Shown: one piece after another, positions 21,028 to 30,928 of the stretch
Layout of the letters: every line of letters begins with the position of its first letter
Position numbering within the stretch: position 1 is the stretch's first letter
Program-made: the position numbers and the translations under genes
Source: Acidobacteriota bacterium
Lineage (GTDB): Bacteria; Acidobacteriota; UBA6911
Assembly: GCA_963664705.1 (NCBI GenBank)
Contig: OY761556.1
Coordinates: forward strand, 3,168,001 to 3,232,000
Reading direction: 5' to 3'
Length of the DNA stretch: 64,000 bases
Notes under the pieces: generated by a model
What the model was told of the DNA's origin: nothing
What the model saw: the letters and a program-made list of their open reading frames with translations, nothing else
Database searches by the model: none

Positions 21028-21609
21028 ATGCAGAGGCAGCTTGGATTTTTCTTCAACAGTGATCGATGTGTTCAATGCCATGCATGCGAAGTGGCATGTA
21101 AATCCTGGGATGAGCTGGAGCCCGGTATTGCATGGAGAAAAGTGAGGGACGTCTGGGCCGGGACCTTTCCCGATGTTACAAATAAAACGCTTTCCTTCGC
21201 CTGCATGCACTGTGCACAGCCCGCCTGCATCCGTGTGTGCAAAGCCAAAGCAATTTCGAAGCGTCCCGAGAACGGAATCGTTGTGGTGGAGCAGGAGAAG
21301 TGCGTTCATTGTCATTCCTGCCTCACCGCCTGTCCGTTTCACATACCGCAATATGGGCAATCAGGATCCATGCAAAAATGCAATTTTTGCATGGAAAAAC
21401 TGGCTCAGGGGAAGCAGCCGTCCTGTGTGGCTACCTGCCCGGGGGAAGCCCTGAAATGCGGAACAATGGAGGATCCGGTCAGGACTGCCGAGAACGGGGC
21501 CCAGACGGGATTCTTATTCAAGACGGGTGCATCCATGCTCGTATCAGGAAGACTGACGGAAAAGGAATTCTGGGCATTGATAAACCGGGACCAAGGCGAG
21601 GAGAGATGA
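21028..21609 (+). CDS. 4Fe-4S electron-transfer subunit (DmsB-like)
   Basis: CVQCHACEVAC, CMHCAQPACIRVC, CVHCHSCLTACP, KCNFC..SCVATCP. Confidence 0.93.
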   Translation: MQRQLGFFFNSDRCVQCHACEVACKSWDELEPGIAWRKVRDVWAGTFPDVTNKTLSFACMHCAQPACIRVCKAKAISKRPENGIVVVEQEKCVHCHSCLTACPFHIPQYGQSGSMQKCNFCMEKLAQGKQPSCVATCPGEALKCGTMEDPVRTAENGAQTGFLFKTGASMLVSGRLTEKEFWALINRDQGEER

Positions 21610-21640
21610 AGGTGGCGGCGAATTCCCCGCCGCCTTCATC
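21605..21640. terminator. Hairpin between convergent operons
   Basis: GATGAAGGTGGCGG / CCGCCGCCTTCATC 14-bp stem with one G-U pair. Confidence 0.6.
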
Positions 21641-21662
21641 CTCTCTCGTTCCACGCGATTTC

Positions 21663-22616
21663 CTATAACCGATTTTTGATCTTGGAGCGCACATACCCTT
21701 CCGGAAAGGGCTCGACTTTGTGCCCTACAATCGTGTATTCCTTGTCCTTCTGAGTAAAGGAGCCTTCCAGTTCCATATATCCCTGCGGATCGAACATAGG
21801 CGTGGCGCTGAAACCCATAATGCCGGTTGCCGGTGCGTGGGTGAATGTATAGGCGACGCTCTGATCCTTGAAGTTCGCCAGGCCATGCTCGAGCATTCCT
21901 TCCATGGCAGCTTTCAGCGTGTAATGCGTCGATGCACACTTGAAGCCGAGTTCGGTCATCTGCTCCATCGTAACGTTGGGAGTTCCGTTATCGGCGCGAA
22001 CATCAGCAAAGATCTTCCATCCGGGCACACGGGCAGACATAAACTTCGCCTGGTCATAGGTTCCAACCTTGACAATCATTGCCATATCCGCACCCATTTC
22101 CATTGCTTCCCGCATGCGGGTGCAGCCCTCTTCAAATTCCTCAAGATCATCCGGATCGGCATTGGACCTGGCAATCAAAAGGCAGTTGCTCCCCTGAAGC
22201 GCTTCCACTGCGGCGCGGATCTTGGCATAGTACATTTCCCTGGGCAGCAGCCGCGTTGTGTTTTCCATATCTCCGGCATCTTCCAACTGAACTGCCGCCG
22301 CGCCGGCAGCCGCCAGCCGCCTAGCCGACCGGAATACAGCCAACGGGCCGCCAAAACCGTCCTCGATATCAGCGATAAGCGGGATGGAACAGGTCTGGGA
22401 AACACGGCTGACAACCCATTCCAGATCGGTAAGGTTCGTAAAGCCGTAGTCAATCACTCCATTCATGGCGATCGACGTTTCGCCGCCACTTAACAGCATA
22501 ACCGGAAAGCCGCACATCTCCACGGCTCTTGCCGAGGCACAGTCATACACACATGGCACCAGAAAGCATTTCGTGCTCGTTTCGAGGATCTTACGAAGCG
22601 TGATTTTGCTGGACAT
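21663..22616 (-). CDS. Isocitrate lyase/PEP mutase superfamily protein (divergent)
   Basis: VYDCASAR, LSGG, PLIADIEDGFGG, VQLED, IARS; canonical KKCGH loop absent. Confidence 0.85.
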   Translation of the reverse strand: MSSKITLRKILETSTKCFLVPCVYDCASARAVEMCGFPVMLLSGGETSIAMNGVIDYGFTNLTDLEWVVSRVSQTCSIPLIADIEDGFGGPLAVFRSARRLAAAGAAAVQLEDAGDMENTTRLLPREMYYAKIRAAVEALQGSNCLLIARSNADPDDLEEFEEGCTRMREAMEMGADMAMIVKVGTYDQAKFMSARVPGWKIFADVRADNGTPNVTMEQMTELGFKCASTHYTLKAAMEGMLEHGLANFKDQSVAYTFTHAPATGIMGFSATPMFDPQGYMELEGSFTQKDKEYTIVGHKVEPFPEGYVRSKIKNRL

Positions 22617-22644
22617 AATCCCATTCCCTTCCCTGTGATTGGAT

Positions 22645-23331
22645 CTATTGCGAAAATTCCGCAAGGCCTTCAATGGCGTATGCCCGAACCGGGGATGAAT
22701 CGAGCCCCTTGATAGGCAATGGCGAATACGACATGAAAAATATATCGGTGGACAAACGATCGAGATTTTTGAGCACTTCGAGAAAAACTATGTTCCTGGC
22801 CATCAGAACATCGTGAAATGCAGATACATCCTCATTGTTGTTCTCAATCGACACACCATCTCCGAACCCCACGCACTTAACGCGCATTTCGGCAAACCAC
22901 TCCGCAACTTCGCGGCCAATAAACAGCCTTTTGTCTTCGACCGTATTGGTCTTTTTCGTGAACGGCTCAATCCCGTAGGGCGAATCGATAAGCACAATAT
23001 CGTCAGCCTGTATTCTACCGGCAGAGGCCTTTTCCATATCCGCGGGCATAATGTGACTGTTGGGGTTCAGATGAATCAGCTTCACGTAGACCGCCCGCCC
23101 CATAAAACTGGTCAGCGGCAGGGCCTGCACGTCCGGCCAGCTGTCGTTGTGATGGTATGGACATTCCACGTGGGTTCCCAGGTGACTCATCAGGTCCATA
23201 TGGGTGTGGAAGTCCGGAATCGGGCCGCCAGTATTAAAGCGAAATAAATGACAGCGCCGTGTCTCCGTTTGCGGGTCCAGACTTTTGGAGAGATCAATGA
23301 CTCTCAGTTTCCCCATTTGATAGACGCTCAT
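22645..23331 (-). CDS. Cyclase family (kynurenine formamidase-like) metal hydrolase
   Basis: IDLS, HLGTHVECPYH, H..L...IVFLEVL.NL, LDSSPVRA. Confidence 0.85.
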   Translation of the reverse strand: MSVYQMGKLRVIDLSKSLDPQTETRRCHLFRFNTGGPIPDFHTHMDLMSHLGTHVECPYHHNDSWPDVQALPLTSFMGRAVYVKLIHLNPNSHIMPADMEKASAGRIQADDIVLIDSPYGIEPFTKKTNTVEDKRLFIGREVAEWFAEMRVKCVGFGDGVSIENNNEDVSAFHDVLMARNIVFLEVLKNLDRLSTDIFFMSYSPLPIKGLDSSPVRAYAIEGLAEFSQ

Positions 23332-23391
23332 ATTTTCGCCTCGCAGTATAAATATTCGCTGATTTACGATGGCCAGCTTAAATGGAAGAGC

Positions 23392-23413
23392 GAAATAGGG
23401 CAATTCCTATTTC
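23392..23413. promoter_or_regulatory. Inverted repeat upstream of the cyclase gene (operator or terminator)
   Basis: GAAATAGG-N6-CCTATTTC. Confidence 0.35.
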
Positions 23414-23495
23414 CCGCCCAATGCCTTGGACGATTATTAAAACTTGTGGCCGGCCCCGCAAGCCGATTATCCCGGTCTCAACAAAACAGAGGACA

Positions 23496-23900
23496 TCAGG
23501 GGGTTACCATGACCATCCACGACACGCCAAATCGATCCCGGACCATTCCAAAATGCGGAGAATAGAAAGTTCGGCTCAAAGGCATCTGCACTTCACCTCC
23601 CTCGGCCAATGCGTCGAACATCTGTTTTGCTCTGTCTCCATCCGGGGGCAGGAGGCATAAGGAAAAACCCTGGAATTTCGGCTCTCCGCTGCAGAGACCA
23701 TCGGAAACCATTACGGTCACGTCGCCCACTCTCAGGCTTGCGTGCATTATTTTGTCGCCGGCGCCATGTGCATTCGGCCCCTGGTCCGGTCCATCCTGGT
23801 ACCGCATTAATGAGGTTAATTCCGCCCCAATTGCCGTTTGGTAAAATTCAATCGCCTCATCACAGCGCCCTTCGAAAAACAGGTATGGTTCTATTTTCAT
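23496..23900 (-). CDS. VOC family protein, PhnB/YjdN-like
   Basis: PYLFFEGRCDEAIEFY, IMHASL, FGMVRDRFGVSWMV. Confidence 0.9.
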   Translation of the reverse strand: MKIEPYLFFEGRCDEAIEFYQTAIGAELTSLMRYQDGPDQGPNAHGAGDKIMHASLRVGDVTVMVSDGLCSGEPKFQGFSLCLLPPDGDRAKQMFDALAEGGEVQMPLSRTFYSPHFGMVRDRFGVSWMVMVTP

Positions 23901-24059
23901 GTCTGTCGATCCTCTCCGCGAGACTATGCCAACATGGTATCCAGAGCACATGCGCAGAGTCAATTCTCGACACTGTCTCGCGTTGGCGGGACTCCCTTTC
24001 TTGTAGATCCAGCAAATTCCCTATAGAATCCGAATAGATTAAGAAGCAGGAGGACGCAA

Positions 24060-24116
24060 ATGAAACCGGCAGCCGGGCGGAAGTCCTTCTCGAAGCATAA
24101 TCTCTATTGCCTGTGA
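24060..24116 (+). CDS. Putative 18-aa small ORF MKPAAGRKSFSKHNLYCL upstream of the TolC-family gene
   Basis: AGGAGG at 24048-24053, 6 nt before ATG; stop overlaps the GAGGAG RBS of the next gene. Confidence 0.35.
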   Translation: MKPAAGRKSFSKHNLYCL

Positions 24117-24124
24117 GGAGAGCG

Positions 24125-25390
24125 ATGAGTTCCCAAATATTCAATCCGCATAGACTCGGGCTAGGCATCGCGGGCTTGCTGGCCTTCCTGCTGAGCAGTT
24201 TTGTTTTGCAGGCACAAGATCTGGATTCCCTTGTGAATGTGCTACTGGAGAGAAATCCTTCAATCCTTGCCGCGCGCAGAGCCGCGGATGCCAGTCGCGC
24301 CAGGATCACACCGGCCCGTACACTCCCTGAACCCACCGTCAGTTTTGAGACCATGGGAGACCTGCTTCCGCCTGTGCTCATGGCAGGGGATGCCTCGAGC
24401 GCTCGTGTGCTGCGGTTTTCCCAGGAATTTCCTTTCCCCGGAAAACTGAAGCTGCAGGGACAGGCCGCTTCCGCCGAAGCATCCGCGCAGATGTGGAAGT
24501 ATGAAGAGGCACGGCGCGATGCCGTTGCCGAATTGAAGTCTGCGTATTATGACCTGTTTCTTGCCCAAAAACTGACTGCCGTCATTGAAAATTCGAAAAG
24601 ACTTCTTCAGCAGTTTACGGAAATCAGCGAGTCGCAGTACAAAGTCGGGAAAGGAGCGCAGCAGGACATTTTGAAGGCAGAGGTCGAAGCTGCCAAGCTA
24701 ATCGATCGTCTGGCCGGGCTCGAGCGGGAGCAGGGATCCGCACAGGCAAAAATCAACACTTTGCTTTATCGATCCCCGGAAACCCCGGTGATGGCACCGA
24801 CAGATCTGCCGCCGCCAAAACTCGCGCATACCTTGGACGAATTATATAAGAAAGCCGAGAGCAATAATCCGCAGGTGCGGGTAAATCAGAAGGAAATTGA
24901 GCGCAGCGAATACAATGTCGCCCTGGCTAAGAAATCATTCTACCCCGATTTTGAAGGGGAGTTTTCCTATTTCAACAGACGCGATATGCCGGAAATGTAC
25001 GGATTGATGTTCAAAGCCAAGGTGCCGATCTATTTCTGGCGCAGGCAGCGCCCCGAGCTGGAAGCCGCCACATCCAGCCTGCTCGAGCAGCGCCGATCCT
25101 ATGAAAGTACCCTTTCGACGCTATATTTCAGGCTGAAGGACCCGTTTCTAAAAATTACCGCCGACACGAAACTGCTGGAACTCTATGGCAAAACCATCAT
25201 CCCCCAATCCACCCTTGCCCTGGAATCTTCGATTTCAAGCTATCGAACCGGGACGGTCGATTTCCTGTCGCTCTTAAGCAATCAGCAGACGGTGCTGGAA
25301 TTTGAAATGAAGTATTATGAAGTCATGGTCGACTATTATAAATCTTTGATCGCGATTGAATCCCTGATAGGCGAAAAGCTGACTCCCTGA
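24125..25390 (+). CDS. TolC family outer membrane efflux protein (CusC/CzcC-like)
   Basis: Signal peptide, NPSI, SQEFPFPGKL, YPDF, two OEP-type helical repeats. Confidence 0.88.
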   Translation: MSSQIFNPHRLGLGIAGLLAFLLSSFVLQAQDLDSLVNVLLERNPSILAARRAADASRARITPARTLPEPTVSFETMGDLLPPVLMAGDASSARVLRFSQEFPFPGKLKLQGQAASAEASAQMWKYEEARRDAVAELKSAYYDLFLAQKLTAVIENSKRLLQQFTEISESQYKVGKGAQQDILKAEVEAAKLIDRLAGLEREQGSAQAKINTLLYRSPETPVMAPTDLPPPKLAHTLDELYKKAESNNPQVRVNQKEIERSEYNVALAKKSFYPDFEGEFSYFNRRDMPEMYGLMFKAKVPIYFWRRQRPELEAATSSLLEQRRSYESTLSTLYFRLKDPFLKITADTKLLELYGKTIIPQSTLALESSISSYRTGTVDFLSLLSNQQTVLEFEMKYYEVMVDYYKSLIAIESLIGEKLTP

Positions 25391-25425
25391 GCATTGCGCT
25401 GACTGCCGATAAAAGGAGCTCCAGA

Positions 25426-26127
25426 ATGCTGCGGACTGTATCTCTACTCCTGATAGCTTTACTCTCCGGCCCTGTTGCCTCGGCGCAGGACTTTCAATAC
25501 TCCGTTCGACATCGTCATACGCTCAAGGATTGCCGGGGGCTGCTGAAAATAAACGCCGAAGGAATTTCATTTACCGCAACAAAGGGCAAAGACAGTCGCA
25601 AGTGGACGTTTAATGATATTCGCATATTGGAAATCCAGTCCCCTTCCAGCCTGGCGATTGTGTCCTATGAAGATCAAAAACGCTGGCTGGGCAAAGACAA
25701 GGTCTTTGAATTCGATATTGTCGATAAAAGGCTGACGGCGGACTTAAGCGTGTTTCTGCTAAACAGGGTGAAACGCCCCATGAGAATTGCGGTAATTCCC
25801 GACATTGCGGAAAAACCTGCCTATGAATTTGCGGTCAAGCACCTGCATCCGGTTTCGGGCACCCGCGGAGTTTTGCAGATCTATTCGGACAAGATCATTT
25901 ACCGGACGCAGATATCAGGAGACTCCCGCTACTGGCGCATCCAGGATATAGAACGGTTCAGCCAACCCGACCGGTTCCGTTTCCAGATTGTCAGTTTTCT
26001 GGAAAAAGCCGGAGGCCCGCATGAAAGCTACGATTTTCAGTTGATAGAGGATCTGCCTGATGGGGTGTACGATTTCCTCTGGGTGCACCTGCATCCGTCT
26101 TCCTACTATTCCGGCAATGGAAACTAA
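25426..26127 (+). CDS. Exported hypothetical protein with internal two-fold repeat
   Basis: AAGGAG RBS; signal peptide; repeats YSVRHRH..CRGLLKI..DSRKW..DI and FAVKHLH..TRGVLQI..DSRYW..DI. Confidence 0.7.
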   Translation: MLRTVSLLLIALLSGPVASAQDFQYSVRHRHTLKDCRGLLKINAEGISFTATKGKDSRKWTFNDIRILEIQSPSSLAIVSYEDQKRWLGKDKVFEFDIVDKRLTADLSVFLLNRVKRPMRIAVIPDIAEKPAYEFAVKHLHPVSGTRGVLQIYSDKIIYRTQISGDSRYWRIQDIERFSQPDRFRFQIVSFLEKAGGPHESYDFQLIEDLPDGVYDFLWVHLHPSSYYSGNGN

Positions 26128-26187
26128 ACACCCGCCCACCGGGAGCGATGCCGTCCCGGCTAATGCTGCATGAGGGCGAAGCCCTTC

Positions 26188-26258
26188 GGAGTGACGTGGC
26201 TTGCCACCGTCTTCGGCTTTTATGGTTTTCAAAGGAGAGCAGCAAGCGGCCGCACTCC
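26188..26258. repeat. Degenerate REP-like palindromic element
   Basis: GGAGTGacgtGGCTTGCC ... GCAAGCggccgCACTCC imperfect inverted pair between convergent genes. Confidence 0.45.
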
Positions 26259-26316
26259 ACAGTGCTCATTCGGGCGCGGCATTGACCAAGGTTCATTATG
26301 GAGATGCGAATGCGAA

Positions 26317-29300
26317 TTATGCCTCGAGCGCGAGATGGCGCACTTCCGATCGCCATTTCCAGAGGTAATAGATGGCCGGATAAACGAGCAATTCCATCAG
26401 GAAAGATGTAGCAAGACCGCCAACCATAGGAGCTACCACGCGTTTCATCATGTCCGAACCAGTTCCGATGGACCACATGATCGGCATCAACCCCATGAAC
26501 GCTGCCGCGACCGTCATCATCTTCGGCCGGACTCGCTTCACAGCCCCGTGAATAACGGCTTCAACCAGGTCCGATTTACTTTTAAGCTCCCCCTTGCGCC
26601 TGGCTTCTTCATACGACAGATCCAGGAACAGCAGCATGAACACGCCCGTTTCCGCATCGAGCCCCATCAGAGCGATCATGCCGACCCACGCCGCAATGGA
26701 GATGTTATAGCCGAGAATCCACATCAGCCACAGTGCCCCGATGAGGGAAAATGGGACCGCGAGCATCACGATCGACGCTTTCATCGCCGACTTCGTGTTC
26801 ATATACAACAGCGCAAAGATCAGAAAGAGGGTAATGGGGACTACGATCTTGAGCCGCTCGCGCACGCGGAGCATGTTCTCATATTGCCCGCTCCAAACGA
26901 GCGAATAGCCGGCCGGGATTGCGAGCTTTTCGCGCACAACCTGCTTGGCCCGTTCAACGTATCCTCCGATGTCCTTGGACGCCAGGTCGATGAAAACATA
27001 GCCTGCAAGCATGCCGTTTTCATCGCGGATCATGGAAGGTCCGCTGACACGCTTGATCTCGGCAATTTCCGAAATGGGAATCTGAGCTCCGCCCGGAATT
27101 GGAACCAGCACCTGCCGCAGCCGTTCCATATTGTCCCGCAACTCGCGCGGATAGCGAACGTTCACGGGGTAGCGGGCACGCCCCTCAATTGTCGTGGTGA
27201 CATTCTCGCCGCCAATGGCGGAGGTAACCACATTCTGGGCATCGGCCACAGACAGTCCGTACCGCGCCAGCTGGTCGCGCTTTAAGGTAAAATCGACAAA
27301 ATATCCACCCGCAACGCGTTCAGCATAAACCGATCGCGTCCCGGGCACATTTCTCATGATCGACTCCAGGCTGGAGCCAATCTTCTCGATCTCAGCGAGA
27401 TCCGAACCGAATATCTTAATTCCTATGGGCGTTCGGACTCCCGTGGTCAGCATGTCGATTCGAGCGCGAATCGGCATTGTCCACGCATTGGTGACGCCCG
27501 GTATCTGAACCGTGGTATCCAACTCCGAAATGAGTTCATCCCATGAAATCCTGTCAGGCCAGATACGCCGGAATACAAGATTCTTCAGCCATTCCGGAGA
27601 CCACCGCGAATACCATTGGTCTTTATGTCGCCACTCCGAAACTGGTTTGAGGAGAATGGTGGTTTCCATCATTGAAAAGGGCGCGGGATCGGTCGAGGTT
27701 TCCGCACGGCCCGCCTTTCCAAATACCCTTTCCACCTCGGGAATGCGCATGATCAAGCGGTCCTGCACCTGCAATACGCGCTGGGCCTCAGACACGGATA
27801 TGCCGGGCAGAGTGGTGGGCATGTACAGAATCGTCCCCTCATTCAGCGGAGGCATGAATTCGCTTCCCAACTGGAAATAAACCGGAATCGTGACCAGGAC
27901 CAGGAGAAGAGCGACGACGATAGTTGTTTTCGGGTGTCGGAGCACAAATCGAGCCGGAGGATCATAAATCCTGAACAGGATTCTGCTGATCGGATGTTTC
28001 TCTTCTTTGTAGTATTTGCCCACCAGCACCTGATTCACCACCCACGCAACAGGTTTTGGACGGAAGCGAAAATAGTCCATCCGCGCAAACAGCATGCGCA
28101 TGGCCGGATCCAGAGTCACGGCCAGGATGGCCGCAATGGCCATCGCAAAATTTTTGGTAAATGCCAGTGGCTTGAAAAGCCGCCCCTCCTGATCCACCAG
28201 GGTGAAGATTGGAAGGAACGCGATGGCAATCACGAGGAGTGAGAAGAACACCGAAGGCCCTACCTCTTTGAGTGCCTCCAGGCGGATTTCGTGAAAATCG
28301 CCCTGCCTTCCCCCCTCGACCCAAAGCTCCAGCTTCTTATATGCGTTCTCGACTTCAACAATGGCGCCATCAACAAGGACGCCGATGGAAATGGCAATCC
28401 CGGCTAAAGACATGATGTTGGAATTGAGTCCCAGCATATACATCGGAATGAAAGACAGCAGCACGGAGACAGGGATGGTAACAATCGGAATCAATGCCGA
28501 AGGAATATGCCAAAGAAATATCAGGATAACGAGGCTTACAATAACGATTTCTACGATGAGTTCATGCTTTAGCGTATCGATGGATCGTTCGATTAATTCC
28601 GACCGATCGTAGGTGGGAATGGCCTTTACTCCATGCGGAAAAGATGGCTCCAGTTCCCTCAGCCGTTCCTTGACTCGCGCGATGACCTTATCTGCATTTT
28701 CACTATGGCGCATCACCACGATGCCGCCAACGACATCGCCGATCCCATCCAGATCTGCGACTCCCCGGCGAATCTCGGGACCTCGCTCAATACGCGCGAC
28801 ATCTCTCAACAGGACTGGCGTGCCGGCATTGTTTGTTTTTAGAACGACCTGTTCGAGATCCCGTTCTGACTTGACATAGCCGTGGCCGCGAACCATGTAT
28901 TCGCGTCCGGAAAATTCGATCAGCCTCCCACCGCTTTCCTGGTTCGCATTGCGAACAGCCTCGCTGACCTCCATGATAGGAATGCTGTAGGCTTTCAGTT
29001 TATCCGGATCGACCACCACCTGATACTGATTCTGAAATCCTCCGACCGTGGCCACCTCCGCAACCCCCGGGACAGACTGCAGCGCATACCGCAGGTTCCA
29101 ATCCTGGTAGGAGCGAAGTTCTGCAAGGCTGTGCGTACCGCTTTTGTCGACCAGCGCATACTGGTAGATCCACCCCACACCGGTTGCATCGGGCCCGATC
29201 TCAGTTTTTACCTCCGGCGGTAGCGACGAGATTACTTTGCTGAGATACTCCAGCACTCGGCTTCGCGCCCAATATATGTCGGTACCATCTTCAAAAATGA

Positions 29301-29580
29301 TGTAGACGTAAGAAAACCCGAAATCGGAATAGCCGCGGATCGCCTTGACTTTTGGAGCACCCAGCAGCGCAGTGGTGATCGGGTAGGTTACCTGGTCTTC
29401 GATAATGTCCGGAGATCGGTCCCAGCGGGAATAGACAATGACCTGCGTATCGGAAAGATCAGGGATCGCGTCAACAGGCTGGTTATAAAGCGTCCAGATT
29501 CCAACCGCAACAGCCGCGGCTGCAAATACAAGAACGACAAATTTCTGCCGGGCGCACCACTCAATAATTCTTTCGATCAT
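26317..29580 (-). CDS. cusA: CusA/CzcA family heavy-metal efflux RND permease
   Basis: DAIPDLSDTQVI, GPDATGVGW, GVLVDGAIVEVEN, EFMPPL, DPAPFSMMET, RVRPKMMT; methionine pattern of the Cu/Ag subfamily. Confidence 0.93.
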   Translation of the reverse strand: MIERIIEWCARQKFVVLVFAAAAVAVGIWTLYNQPVDAIPDLSDTQVIVYSRWDRSPDIIEDQVTYPITTALLGAPKVKAIRGYSDFGFSYVYIIFEDGTDIYWARSRVLEYLSKVISSLPPEVKTEIGPDATGVGWIYQYALVDKSGTHSLAELRSYQDWNLRYALQSVPGVAEVATVGGFQNQYQVVVDPDKLKAYSIPIMEVSEAVRNANQESGGRLIEFSGREYMVRGHGYVKSERDLEQVVLKTNNAGTPVLLRDVARIERGPEIRRGVADLDGIGDVVGGIVVMRHSENADKVIARVKERLRELEPSFPHGVKAIPTYDRSELIERSIDTLKHELIVEIVIVSLVILIFLWHIPSALIPIVTIPVSVLLSFIPMYMLGLNSNIMSLAGIAISIGVLVDGAIVEVENAYKKLELWVEGGRQGDFHEIRLEALKEVGPSVFFSLLVIAIAFLPIFTLVDQEGRLFKPLAFTKNFAMAIAAILAVTLDPAMRMLFARMDYFRFRPKPVAWVVNQVLVGKYYKEEKHPISRILFRIYDPPARFVLRHPKTTIVVALLLVLVTIPVYFQLGSEFMPPLNEGTILYMPTTLPGISVSEAQRVLQVQDRLIMRIPEVERVFGKAGRAETSTDPAPFSMMETTILLKPVSEWRHKDQWYSRWSPEWLKNLVFRRIWPDRISWDELISELDTTVQIPGVTNAWTMPIRARIDMLTTGVRTPIGIKIFGSDLAEIEKIGSSLESIMRNVPGTRSVYAERVAGGYFVDFTLKRDQLARYGLSVADAQNVVTSAIGGENVTTTIEGRARYPVNVRYPRELRDNMERLRQVLVPIPGGAQIPISEIAEIKRVSGPSMIRDENGMLAGYVFIDLASKDIGGYVERAKQVVREKLAIPAGYSLVWSGQYENMLRVRERLKIVVPITLFLIFALLYMNTKSAMKASIVMLAVPFSLIGALWLMWILGYNISIAAWVGMIALMGLDAETGVFMLLFLDLSYEEARRKGELKSKSDLVEAVIHGAVKRVRPKMMTVAAAFMGLMPIMWSIGTGSDMMKRVVAPMVGGLATSFLMELLVYPAIYYLWKWRSEVRHLALEA

Positions 29581-29608
29581 AGTCTGGATTGGATGGAATA
29601 CCGGGACA

Positions 29609-30901
29609 CTAGCTTCCGGCCGATACCGCCGCCTTCAGCTTTGATTCGGAATCCAGAAGAAAGCTTGCCCCAGTCACAACCTTTTCGCCTTCCGCAATGC
29701 CCTGCTTGACTTCATACATGTTGCGAACGCGCGCTCCAAGCACAACTTCGCGCGGTTCAAATTCCCCTTCTCCCTTCGCGACAAAGACAATATACCGCTC
29801 TCCGGTAGCAATGACGGCGCTGTCCGGAATCGCAATTCCGGTCGCCCTGGCTCCCCCAAGAACAATATGGACATACATCTCCGGCTTCAGTTCGCCATCC
29901 GGGTTTGCAAATTCGAGGCGTGCCTTCACGGTTCGCGTCACCGGATCCACCGTGGGATCCATGAAACTTACGCGTCCTCGCCAAGTCCTTCCTGGCTTGT
30001 AATCCAAGGTCATGGCCGCAGGTTGCCCGATTCGCACAAAAGGAAGATTGACTTCGTAAATGTCCGCAAGGACCCACACTGTGGACAGGTCGACAATATC
30101 GTACAGGTTATCGGCGGGCGTCACTTTCAGCCCATGCACTGCAAGCTTGCCCGTCACATAGCCCGAAACCGGGGATGAGATGACCAGATCACGCGACGCC
30201 TTTCGTGTCTGCTCAAGGTCGTTCAGTTCCGCATCGCCAATTCCCCAAAGCGCAAGCCGCTCTCGCGCGGCCGCTACCAGATCAATGGAGCTTCCCGGAG
30301 CAACGGATTTTGCACCGGTCGGGTCTCTCTGATCGCGAGCCCGAAGAGCCAATAGATACTCGTTCTGCGTCGCATAAAGATCCGGAGAATATACGCTGAA
30401 CAGGGGTTGCCCCGCCTTCACATATTGTCCCGTATAATTCACAAACAAATGCTCAATATACCCGTCGAATCTCGTATGCACGTGATGCACTCTGGTTTCG
30501 TCGTAGGCAACCTTTCCAAATGTGCGAAAACTCTGATCCAACTCAACCCGGGAGGCTTCCGTGACGGTGATCCCCATAGTCTGAATCCGCTCAGGCGAAA
30601 TAGTCACAGGAGCATATCCGGAAACTCCGGACGATGCAGTGGTTCCCTGAGCTGCATCCGGCATATTGGCGTGAGCGCCATGTGCCTCAGACGCACCTGG
30701 CTGATCTATCGGGACAAGCTTCATTCCACAGATAGGACAATCGCCGGGCTTGTCGGAAATATAGGTGGGATGCATGGGGCAGTGATACATCACTTTGGGG
30801 GCTGCCGTGGTTGCGGCATTCCCCCTCCAGTGCATATAGGCAAAATAGCCACCGGCGCACAAAACAGCCGCCAGCAAAAAACCCAATATGAAATTCTTCA
30901 T
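29609..30901 (-). CDS. cusB: CusB-like RND periplasmic adaptor with heavy-metal-binding domain
   Basis: YHCPMHP..PGDCPICGMKL, YSPDL, LKPEMY, FLLDSESKL. Confidence 0.9.
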   Translation of the reverse strand: MKNFILGFLLAAVLCAGGYFAYMHWRGNAATTAAPKVMYHCPMHPTYISDKPGDCPICGMKLVPIDQPGASEAHGAHANMPDAAQGTTASSGVSGYAPVTISPERIQTMGITVTEASRVELDQSFRTFGKVAYDETRVHHVHTRFDGYIEHLFVNYTGQYVKAGQPLFSVYSPDLYATQNEYLLALRARDQRDPTGAKSVAPGSSIDLVAAARERLALWGIGDAELNDLEQTRKASRDLVISSPVSGYVTGKLAVHGLKVTPADNLYDIVDLSTVWVLADIYEVNLPFVRIGQPAAMTLDYKPGRTWRGRVSFMDPTVDPVTRTVKARLEFANPDGELKPEMYVHIVLGGARATGIAIPDSAVIATGERYIVFVAKGEGEFEPREVVLGARVRNMYEVKQGIAEGEKVVTGASFLLDSESKLKAAVSAGS

Positions 30902-30928
30902 AAATCCTGATCCGAGCGAGTCCGGGAA

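Noticed and set aside
26170-27285. 371-aa plus-strand His/Arg-rich ORF
   Set aside because: Antisense to cusA, with composition typical of a shadow frame.
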